Below, in pieces: positions 39,241 to 47,548 of a stretch of 64,000 nt of DNA. The notes under the pieces are model-generated. The model did no database searches, was not told where the DNA came from, and saw only the letters and a program-made list of their open reading frames with translations. The DNA is from an uncultured delta proteobacterium (GTDB lineage Bacteria; Desulfobacterota; Binatia; UBA9968). The stretch is taken from positions 96,001 through 160,000 of the forward strand of contig CAVYTU010000019.1 of NCBI GenBank assembly GCA_963771465.1, read 5' to 3'. The position numbers were made by a program, and so were the translations under genes. Position 1 is the first letter of the stretch. Each line of letters opens with the position of its first letter.

Positions 39241-41067
39241 TTACTTCGCTCCCGTCCGTTGATAAACCACCTTGCCGCCGACGATCGTCAAATCGACGAG
39301 TAACTCGTCGATCTTATCGTCCGCCACCGCCATGTAGTCGCCGTTAAACACCACCATGTCGGCGTACTTGCCCTTCTCGAGGGAACCGAGCATTTTTTCA
39401 TCACCCATGAACTTCGCCGCATTATAGGTCGTCATCATCAAGGCTTGCTTGCGATCGATCGCTTGGTTTTTCCCCCACACGCGCCCTTCGCGCGCGCTGC
39501 GCGTGCTTTTATCCGTCCTTGTGACGAATCGTTCGATGCGCCACACCGGCGGCTCGTCCGGCTTGCCGCCTTCGAGGTGAACGTTCACGCCGGCACCGAG
39601 CAATTCCTTCACCGGCTGCATGCTGTGCATCTGTTCGCCGTATTGGGAGAAAACCATTTCTTCGCCGCGCACCACGCGCTGGCTGAATATCTCCGAGTTC
39701 AAACCGAAGGCTAATTTATCGCCCAATTGTTTGGCCAACGTGATCGACTTCTGATCCCAGATCAGGTTGTGGTCGAGCGCGTTGCGGCCGAGCATTTTAT
39801 GCACTTTGATTTCGGACTGCTTCTCGGCGTCGGCGAGACTTTCCAAAACGATCGTCGTCGCGCCGCTGCCCATGTTGTGATTGCCGCTGATATTCCAGCC
39901 GTGCTTGCGCAGCAATTGCAGCGTCGTCCATTCGGTGTCGCGCTTTTCCCCGAGGGTCAAATCGCCCCACTGCTTGCCAGTCCACTCGGGCCCAGTCCAT
40001 TTGTTACGTCCATAGAGTCCGCCTTTGACCTCGGCGTGCGCGTTGCGCTTGGCTTCGTTGGTGAGAATGCCGCCGTCGTCCGACGCGCCGTCCACCGGAC
40101 CGACCGCGGCGCCGACGATGCGAATCATATCGTCGCCAAGACTAAAGTTCACCAAGTTAGGCGTGCGCCGAAGTATCTGGTCGGCCATGGGATTTTGCCG
40201 CGCGAAATCTAGCGTCGGGCGAATGCGCATCTTGAGGCGATCTTGATGATGCATCTGGCTGACGATCGTGACCGTGTAACCGCTGGCGTGGCCGGTGATC
40301 GTGGTCACGCCGACTCTGAGAAATTGCTCGATGATCTCCGCCTGCTCTTTAAATATCTCTTCGGTCAACTCCGGCCAATCGCGCAGGTTCCAGCCGACAA
40401 AACCGAGCGCCTGGCTGAACATTTGCCCTGTGGGGTTACCACTCGAATCCTTGACGACCTGAAAGTGATCTTTGCGTAGCCCAGCGGCGAACGCCTTTTC
40501 CAGCATGAGCGTGTTGACGACGCCCTCCGAGCTGGATAGCGAAAGCATCAGCGGATTATCAGGCGCGAGCTTGTCCAAATCCTTGGCGGTCAATTTGGAA
40601 AGATCGCTGACAAACTCGTCCGCCATGCGTACGTAAACGTTGGAACCGGGTTTCGCTTGCGACACCAGCTTGCGCACCTGCTCGAGCATCTCGGGCACGT
40701 TCTTGCCGCGAACTTTTTTGCCGACCACGCCATTGACCATGGTGTCTTTATACAAGTCGCCGCCGGCAAAGGCGTTGTCGCCGTCACTATCGATGAATCC
40801 CGGCACCAAGCTTCTTCCCGCCAGATCGACACGGCGGGTCGCCGGGCCGGCCATTCGTTGAATCTCGGCGTTGGTGCCGACAGCGAGTATCTTGCCATCG
40901 CGCACCGCCACCGCTTGCGCGACGGTGAAATTTTTGTCGGCGGTGAGAACTTTGCCGTTGTAGAGAATCGAGTCGGCATAACGGATCAACTCCGGCGGCA
41001 GACTCTGCGCCGCGCCCTGGGTCACGCCAACCGCTAGCACGATCAATGCGTAAAGAATCGCTCGCAT
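39241..41067 (-). CDS. Exported amidohydrolase_3 paralog 6, divergent (HxH replaced by DGD)
   Basis: Family N- and C-terminal beta domains (NGKVLTAD, AVRDGKI, GSLEKGKYADMVV, TIVGGKVVY), but PGFIDSDGD and no Cys. Confidence 0.88.
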   Translation of the reverse strand: MRAILYALIVLAVGVTQGAAQSLPPELIRYADSILYNGKVLTADKNFTVAQAVAVRDGKILAVGTNAEIQRMAGPATRRVDLAGRSLVPGFIDSDGDNAFAGGDLYKDTMVNGVVGKKVRGKNVPEMLEQVRKLVSQAKPGSNVYVRMADEFVSDLSKLTAKDLDKLAPDNPLMLSLSSSEGVVNTLMLEKAFAAGLRKDHFQVVKDSSGNPTGQMFSQALGFVGWNLRDWPELTEEIFKEQAEIIEQFLRVGVTTITGHASGYTVTIVSQMHHQDRLKMRIRPTLDFARQNPMADQILRRTPNLVNFSLGDDMIRIVGAAVGPVDGASDDGGILTNEAKRNAHAEVKGGLYGRNKWTGPEWTGKQWGDLTLGEKRDTEWTTLQLLRKHGWNISGNHNMGSGATTIVLESLADAEKQSEIKVHKMLGRNALDHNLIWDQKSITLAKQLGDKLAFGLNSEIFSQRVVRGEEMVFSQYGEQMHSMQPVKELLGAGVNVHLEGGKPDEPPVWRIERFVTRTDKSTRSAREGRVWGKNQAIDRKQALMMTTYNAAKFMGDEKMLGSLEKGKYADMVVFNGDYMAVADDKIDELLVDLTIVGGKVVYQRTGAK

Positions 41068-41199
41068 GGCCAACCTCCTCTGCTAATTGACACTACGAAA
41101 GCGAATAACGGACGGCATGACGCGTGTCCCGCCCGGCGTCGAGTTAGAGATTTCTTACTTTGCGTTCTTTGCGGCTCATCCGCTCTTTTTCCCGGACTT

Positions 41200-41793
41200 T
41201 TACCCATCATTCGTCGCCTTTTCAATGACCTTGTCGTGGCGCTGAGCCCACTCCTCCTCATCGACACGCGTCAGCAACTGCTCGGTGGTTTGAATTAGGC
41301 TCTCCCGCTCCTCCAGACCTTTCAGGGCCTGAAAAACTGCTCGATTGAGCGAGGCGCGCACCGTCCCGCGCACGTCCCACGCGCTGTAACCGCGATAGCC
41401 CTCGCGCGTCGCCTTACCGAACAAAGTGAGCCCGCCCTTGACCGTCTCGAGCCCTTTGGCATTCTCGCCTACTCTGAGTTGGGCCAAGCCATAAACTAGC
41501 CAGGCGATCTCATCGTCTTTGTTCACTGCCAAAGCCCGCTGCGTGATCGAATAGGCGTCGGAGTAACGGCCCTTACGATAGTACGCCCTACCCAACAAAG
41601 TTAAGGTGTCCTTATAGGTCGGATCCGTTTGGACGACCGTCTGAAGATTACCGATCGCCTTGTCCAAGTCCCCGCTGCGCCCGCGGATAAGTTCGAGGTG
41701 TGCCTCGTTATACTTACCGCCAGTGCCAATAAACCAGTCCGGCCGGGAAACACATCCCGAGATGATGAGCAAACTCAAAAATTGAATTGTCAT
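41200..41793 (-). CDS. TPR-containing lipoprotein
   Basis: Lipobox ISG|C; TPR-like LLGRAYYRKGRYSDA...AWLVYGLAQLRVG; start uncertain. Confidence 0.72.
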   Translation of the reverse strand: MTIQFLSLLIISGCVSRPDWFIGTGGKYNEAHLELIRGRSGDLDKAIGNLQTVVQTDPTYKDTLTLLGRAYYRKGRYSDAYSITQRALAVNKDDEIAWLVYGLAQLRVGENAKGLETVKGGLTLFGKATREGYRGYSAWDVRGTVRASLNRAVFQALKGLEERESLIQTTEQLLTRVDEEEWAQRHDKVIEKATNDG

Positions 41794-42138
41794 CAACCCG
41801 CAAATGCTCTTGTGGCGAACTACTTCGTCTCTGAATGCGGTAGGCAAATTATAAATTTTACTAATCCAGCTATGCACCAAATCCACCTCCATATTGAAAA
41901 CGTAGAAGTCTACAGCGACAACCTATAGTGCAACAAACGATATCCAAAGGCTCTGAGGCTGTCAAATATGTGCCAACGACCGATGCAGCTGTATTTCGAC
42001 AGACACTCCAAGTAAGAAACCCAAGCGCTCGGCGCGGAAATCTCGTAAGGGGGTGGCTTAGGTGTACCACAAAGAGGGAATTGTCTCCAAGTCCATTTTG
42101 CGATAACGTAATCACGATCTGTCGAAAGGAGAACGATT

Positions 42139-42813
42139 ATGAACGATCTAACTTTCATTGCTAAATTGGCCAAACCTAGACGAGGAGGTTTTTCACTCTT
42201 AATCTTGCCAATTGCCTTTTACCTTTCTGCGTGCGCCTCTTTTGACGCCGGCAGTAATCTCCAGCGCGGCCGCTACGCGCTCTTGCGCGGTGATTCGAAG
42301 CTCGCGCTGCAACACTTTCAGCGCACCTCGGAAATTGATCCGAACTACCACTACCGCATCGGTCCGATGAAAGAAGGAGTTTGGACCTACGTCGGCCGAG
42401 CACACTACTCCGGCGGGGATTATAAGGCGGCCCAAAAGGCCTTGGAGCTAGCTCGCACGCGCCATCCCGACGACTCATTTGCGCCGCTATATCTTGGCTT
42501 GACGCTATCGAGAGATGGCGATCGCCAGCGGGGTGCGAAAGAGATTCAACTAGGCCTCACCGGACTGAATGATTGGCTGGAATACATCGACCAATACACC
42601 AGCGACCGAGCCTACTGGGATCCCGGTGCGATCATCCGCAAGGGCATCCAGAAAGAAATCGCGAATATCAACGGCAGAGAGGTCAATTGGACCGAGCTGA
42701 TTGCCGGGGCCGAACGCGTCGGCATCGATCTAGAAACTGAGGCCGACGAAGCCCAGCGTGAAAGACGTCGCGAACAACGAGACTCTGCAAAGGGCGACGG
42801 CAAGGGTAATTAG
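42139..42813 (+). CDS. TPR-containing lipoprotein (paralog of 41200-41793)
   Basis: Lipobox LSA|C; YVGRAHYSGGDYKAA...APLYLGLTLSRDG. Confidence 0.75.
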   Translation: MNDLTFIAKLAKPRRGGFSLLILPIAFYLSACASFDAGSNLQRGRYALLRGDSKLALQHFQRTSEIDPNYHYRIGPMKEGVWTYVGRAHYSGGDYKAAQKALELARTRHPDDSFAPLYLGLTLSRDGDRQRGAKEIQLGLTGLNDWLEYIDQYTSDRAYWDPGAIIRKGIQKEIANINGREVNWTELIAGAERVGIDLETEADEAQRERRREQRDSAKGDGKGN

Positions 42814-42822
42814 ACAACAGAC

Positions 42823-42852
42823 CATTCCCCCGCGGTGCACCGCGGGGGAATG
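42823..42852. repeat. Perfect palindrome downstream of the TPR gene (possible terminator or REP-like element)
   Basis: cattcccccgcggtgcaccgcgggggaatg is self-complementary. Confidence 0.55.
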
Positions 42853-43280
42853 GTCACCAACTTATCCTCACCTGCAAAGCTAGACGTTCCGAAGCAGCGA
42901 CAAGCTAGCCTCTCTGCCTTCAGTCGCTCCCGCGAAAACGGGAACCCAGGCTGCTTCCGACGACATAATTTCCAAACAGCTGCATTCGCAGCATCGCAGT
43001 TTGCAGCTTCGTGACAATCTGACATGGCGCGATTCGATTGATCCCGAAGCTATGTTCTCAGCCCCCGAATTTTTCACTCCAGGGAATTAGCCGTTCCGAC
43101 CCGGCCGGATTCCCGCTTTAAGCAAGGAATCAACTTAACGCAGCAATCTGCGCACAAAGAATCTGAGGAGAGAAAAGCTGCCGAGCGTTGGAGCAATCGG
43201 ATAACATCAACACGCGTGGCAAATTTGCTCTTTATCGGGGTAGGTTAAGATACTTCATCTCAAGATCGACTCGCTATCAA

Positions 43281-43326
43281 GCACAAAAAAAAGGGGCGCG
43301 ACCTTTCGCGCCCCTTTTTGCTTTTT
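43281..43326 (-). terminator. Rho-independent (bidirectional) terminator of porin copy 1
   Basis: A-run, GGGGCGCGA-CCTT-TCGCGCCCC, T-run. Confidence 0.85.
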
Positions 43327-43340
43327 CAGCTCAGCCGATA

Positions 43341-44903
43341 TTACCAGCGGAACCGAAGACCCGTGTTGAGCGAATGCATGGAGCAAGATCGGCCGGCACC
43401 TTTGCCAGATGCCGCCTCTGCGTTGCTATCCTTACAACCGCTGCCTATTTGGGTTCTAAGAGGCGTATTGGACGAGGTCCAGTAGTGATGCCACATGCCA
43501 ACACCCAAGCTCGGTTGAATCCAATACCATAGTGCCGTTTCCCGGTTAAGGATGGTTTGGGAATGAAAAGACCCCGCACCCGGCGATGCATCGCAGCCGG
43601 CGCCGCAATTCATGTCCGCGCGCTCAAAACCAAAGGAGAGCATGACCGTGTTCGGCGTCGTTTGACTGCCGGTCAGGAAACCCTTAGGGCTCCATACCAT
43701 GAGCTGGTTGTCGATCGTCCAACCTTTGCCCGACATGCCTCTACCCAGTCCAGGATCCACGCTGTTATATCGGGTAAAAACATAGACCGCGCGGAACATG
43801 TACGGACCGACCGTCCACTTCAAACCAGGAATAAATACATGGCCCCATCCGGAACCAACGTTTTGAGAGCTACAAACGTCGTCGAGTTGGCAATTAGCAA
43901 CATTCTGCCCGAGAGCGGCGGGACGGAAATAATCAAACCGTCCACGTCTTTCCGCATTACGAACGCGAATTTCAACAGCGCTCGTATCATCAAGGGAATT
44001 CTCCGGTCGATCCAGTGAATGCCCCTGATAACCTACACCCATTTCCAACCCGGAGAGCCATTTGCTCTTGGTGTTGGCGAACGGTTTGCCACCGACATAC
44101 GCCATGATGCCTTTGCGGTCGTCGTTGATGAACTCCTGATGCGTTCCCTGGCGGCTGGTCACGTAGTTGAGGAATAGATCGTATTCACCCGTCCCGATAT
44201 CTACGCCCTCCCAGCCAATACCCATGCCTGCGTGCGATCCGTCGCCACCCCAGGCAAAGCCGTCAAGGATCACGCTATGCTCCATCTTGCCGTCGTTATC
44301 GGAGCTACGGCCAACGTGAGTCTTGCCGGCCCCTCGTCTGAGACCGATGGAGAAATACGGAAAATACGGATTCAACTGGTTGAAACCGACCATGAACTCA
44401 TTGTCACGGAATAAAGCCTCCCGCTCGGCCGTCTCGCCGTCGATTGAAGTCTCAAACTGGAAAAAACAATCCTGCCAACACATTGTCGTGTAGAGCCGGT
44501 TACGCCGAGGAAACAACTCGCCTTGTGTGGCACCCGAGCTGCGCTCTTGGCCGTCGTTAAAGTTCGGCTTGCCGCCAATAATATTGTAGTTGTAGATGTT
44601 GATCCGGTACGTCGTGTTGAACGACCAGCTCTTGTCCGCCGCCGCGATCGTCATGCCGCGTCCCGGTCGATACGAAAAGGTCGGCATCTCGGCCGCAGCC
44701 GCCGTCGCTTCCTTCTTCATCTCCAACTGCTGATATCTCAGCCGCTCGATCTGATCCTTCAGAGGCTCGATTTTTTGAACCTCCGACTCCAACGCTTTGA
44801 TCTGCTCCTCGATGTCGCTCTGTGCCTGTACCGGCCAGACCGCAGCGAGGCTAGCGACCAATCCGAAACTCATCGCTGTGAAAAACTTGCCCTGTTTTGC
44901 CAT
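43341..44903 (-). CDS. Outer-membrane beta-barrel protein/putative porin, copy 1
   Basis: Signal peptide VQA|Q, N-terminal coiled coil, amphipathic aromatic-rich strands, C-terminal beta-signal GLRFRW. Confidence 0.7.
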   Translation of the reverse strand: MAKQGKFFTAMSFGLVASLAAVWPVQAQSDIEEQIKALESEVQKIEPLKDQIERLRYQQLEMKKEATAAAAEMPTFSYRPGRGMTIAAADKSWSFNTTYRINIYNYNIIGGKPNFNDGQERSSGATQGELFPRRNRLYTTMCWQDCFFQFETSIDGETAEREALFRDNEFMVGFNQLNPYFPYFSIGLRRGAGKTHVGRSSDNDGKMEHSVILDGFAWGGDGSHAGMGIGWEGVDIGTGEYDLFLNYVTSRQGTHQEFINDDRKGIMAYVGGKPFANTKSKWLSGLEMGVGYQGHSLDRPENSLDDTSAVEIRVRNAERRGRFDYFRPAALGQNVANCQLDDVCSSQNVGSGWGHVFIPGLKWTVGPYMFRAVYVFTRYNSVDPGLGRGMSGKGWTIDNQLMVWSPKGFLTGSQTTPNTVMLSFGFERADMNCGAGCDASPGAGSFHSQTILNRETALWYWIQPSLGVGMWHHYWTSSNTPLRTQIGSGCKDSNAEAASGKGAGRSCSMHSLNTGLRFRW

Positions 44904-44965
44904 ACACACCTCCCTAAAATATTACGAACTTTCCAGCTCTTACTAAGTCTAATTCGATGTCGCGA

Positions 44966-45005
44966 TTTTTATGCTGATACGTGTTTTAAATCAATACGAC
45001 TTTAG
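44966..45005 (-). promoter_or_regulatory. Conserved upstream motif/putative promoter of porin copy 1
   Basis: Minus strand CTAAAGTCGTA-TTGATT-N17-TAAAAA, conserved with 46913-46952. Confidence 0.55.
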
Positions 45006-45215
45006 CAGTCTTTTTTGCTCGCAACAGGCAGTTTTGCCGTAGACTTACTTCTTTAGTTTTACTTTTTGAGTTTGAAGCGTGGATTTGTGTCACCGGAAGG
45101 TAAGTAAGTTTGGAAATTAGACTGATAATGGTGAAACTAGGCAGCATTGTGGGAACTCTCGCTTCATCCGTTTAGCTCCGTGAGGGCATCATTGATCCGG
45201 AAATTGCCATACTAG

Positions 45216-45260
45216 GCACAAAAAAAGGGGCGCGAAAGGTCGCGCCCCTTTTGTGCTTTT
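45216..45260 (-). terminator. Rho-independent terminator of porin copy 2
   Basis: A-run, GGGGCGCGA-AAGG-TCGCGCCCC, T-run. Confidence 0.85.
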
Positions 45261-45275
45261 CCAGCTCAGCCGATA

Positions 45276-46838
45276 TTACCAGCGGAACCGAAGACCCGTG
45301 TTGAGCGAATGCATGGAGCAAGATCGGCCGGCACCTTTGCCAGATGCCGCCTCTGCGTTGCTATCCTTACAACCGCTGCCTATTTGGGTTCTAAGAGGCG
45401 TATTGGCCGAGGTCCAGTAGTGATGCCACATGCCAACACCCAAGCTCGGTTGAATCCAATACCACAGTGCCGTTTCCCGGTTAAGGATGGTTTGGGAATG
45501 AAAATTCCCCGCACCCGGCGATGCATCGCAGCCGGCGCCGCAATTCATGTCCGCGCGCTCAAAACCAAAGGAGAGCATGACCGTGTTCGGCGTCGTTTGA
45601 CTGCCGGTCAGGAAACCCTTAGGGCTCCATACCATGAGCTGGTTGTCGATCGTCCAACCTTTGCCCGACATGCCTCTACCCAGTCCAGGATCCACGCTGT
45701 TATATCGGGTAAAAACATAGACCGCGCGGAACATGTACGGACCAACCGTCCACTTCAAACCAGGAATAAATACATGGCCCCATCCGGAACCGACGTTTTG
45801 AGAGCTACAAACGTCGTCGAGTTGGCAATTAGCAACATTCTGCCCGAGAGCGGCGGGACGGAAATAATCAAACCGTCCACGTCTTTCCACATTACGAACG
45901 CGAATTTCAACAGCGCTCGTATCATCAAGGGAATTCTCCGGTCGATCCAGTGAATGCCCTTGATAACCAACACCCATTTCCAACCCGGAGAGCCATTTGC
46001 TCTTGGTGTTGGCGAACGGTCTGCCACCGACATACGCCATGATTCCTTTGCGGTCGTCGTTGATGAACTCCTGGTGCGTTCCCTGGCGGCTGGTCACGTA
46101 GTTGAGGAATAGATCGTATTCACCCGTCCCGATATCTACGCCCTCCCAGCCAATACCCATGCCTGCGTGCGATCCGTCGCCACCCCAGGCAAAGCCGTCA
46201 AGGATCACGCTATGCTCCATCTTGCCGTCGTTATCGGAGCTACGGCCAACGTGAGTCTTGCCGGCCCCTCGTCTGAGACCGATGGAGAAATACGGAAAAT
46301 ACGGATTCAACTGGTTGAAACCGACCATGAACTCATTGTCACGGAATAAAGCCTCCCGCTCGGCCGTCTCGCCGTCGATTGAAGTCTCAAACTGGAAAAA
46401 ACAATCCTGCCAACACATTGTCGTGTAGAGCCGGTTACGCCGAGGAAACAACTCGCCTTGTGTGGCACCCGAGCTGCGCTCTTGGCCGTCGTTAAAGTTC
46501 GGCTTGCCGCCAATAATATTGTAGTTGTAGATGTTGATCCGGTACGTCGTGTTGAACGACCAGCTCTTGTCCGCCGCCGCGATCGTCATGCCGCGTCCCG
46601 GTCGATACGAAAAGGTCGGCATCTCGGCCGCAGCCGCCGTCGCTTCCTTCTTCATCTCCAACTGCTGATATCTCAGCCGCTCGATCTGATCCTTCAGAGG
46701 CTCGATTTTTTGAACCTCCGACTCCAACGCTTTGATCTGCTCCTCGATGTCGCTCTGTGCCTGTACCGGCCAGACCGCAGCGAGGCTAGCGACCAATCCG
46801 AAACTCATCGCTGTGAAAAACTTGCCCTGTTTTGCCAT
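45276..46838 (-). CDS. Outer-membrane beta-barrel protein/putative porin, copy 2
   Basis: Same length as copy 1; four amino-acid differences seen. Confidence 0.7.
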   Translation of the reverse strand: MAKQGKFFTAMSFGLVASLAAVWPVQAQSDIEEQIKALESEVQKIEPLKDQIERLRYQQLEMKKEATAAAAEMPTFSYRPGRGMTIAAADKSWSFNTTYRINIYNYNIIGGKPNFNDGQERSSGATQGELFPRRNRLYTTMCWQDCFFQFETSIDGETAEREALFRDNEFMVGFNQLNPYFPYFSIGLRRGAGKTHVGRSSDNDGKMEHSVILDGFAWGGDGSHAGMGIGWEGVDIGTGEYDLFLNYVTSRQGTHQEFINDDRKGIMAYVGGRPFANTKSKWLSGLEMGVGYQGHSLDRPENSLDDTSAVEIRVRNVERRGRFDYFRPAALGQNVANCQLDDVCSSQNVGSGWGHVFIPGLKWTVGPYMFRAVYVFTRYNSVDPGLGRGMSGKGWTIDNQLMVWSPKGFLTGSQTTPNTVMLSFGFERADMNCGAGCDASPGAGNFHSQTILNRETALWYWIQPSLGVGMWHHYWTSANTPLRTQIGSGCKDSNAEAASGKGAGRSCSMHSLNTGLRFRW

Positions 46839-46912
46839 ACACACCCCCCTTTAAATTTTGTACTCGAACTAATATTACTTAGGTCTTATAAGAGCTAACT
46901 ACCAGATCTAGG

Positions 46913-46952
46913 TTTTTATGCTTATAGCGCGCGTAAATCAATACAACTTTAG
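46913..46952 (-). promoter_or_regulatory. Conserved upstream motif/putative promoter of porin copy 2
   Basis: Minus strand CTAAAGTTGTA-TTGATT-N17-TAAAAA. Confidence 0.55.
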
Positions 46953-47172
46953 TCGTATTTATCAGTAAGTATTGCCTGGAACCCCGGAATAGTGGGAATA
47001 ATATTGAAATTTTATGGAACTTTAGGCTCTGAGACCAGTCGAACTATTGGGTTGACTCACCGACTAGAACAGCTGAAAACAAAATGAACCTTACGGGTTG
47101 GAACGTTTACGCAAGTGAACTAAACGACTTATAGTTTACGGACACCAAAATTATCGGCAACGATTTAGCCAG

Positions 47173-47385
47173 TTACTGCCAGGTTACCGGATCGGTAATC
47201 ACAATCTCTTCGGACGAAACCAGCGAGCGTGTGCCGTCGTCCCAGCAAACGTTGACTAACTGACCGCCTTCGCCTTCGAGCTCATAGACGATCGTCCCCT
47301 CGGTTGATTCGCCGATGGTGCCGTCGATATCGAGAATTTCCTGCGCCGCGCGACAACGCATTCCTTTCAAACTGACGTCTATCAT
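47173..47385 (-). CDS. Small acidic hypothetical protein (possible SH3-like barrel)
   Basis: 70-aa ORF after GGAG RBS; EGTIVY...LVNVCWDDG pattern. Confidence 0.5.
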   Translation of the reverse strand: MIDVSLKGMRCRAAQEILDIDGTIGESTEGTIVYELEGEGGQLVNVCWDDGTRSLVSSEEIVITDPVTWQ

Positions 47386-47548
47386 TGGCCTGCTCCCGTC
47401 ACTGAAATCCGCTCTGTTTCGTCGTCGAAGATTGGCACTGTAATCATGATTGAAATGCCATTTCAACTGCGAAAATGTGAAATTCTAATCAAATGTAGAC
47501 GGCCAATAAAAATACCATCGTCGTGCAAAACCGCGTCTGCGAAAATAC

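Noticed and set aside
16341-41067. Cluster as a prophage, ICE or defence island
   Set aside because: No integrase, transposase, att/tRNA boundary or phage or defence domains; composition looks like the flanks
1225-41180. Palindromic repeats as a possible CRISPR array
   Set aside because: They are dispersed and degenerate, with no regular repeat-spacer period and no cas genes
41958-41978. Sigma54-like TGGCAC on the minus strand upstream of the TPR gene
   Set aside because: No GC at the required -12 spacing
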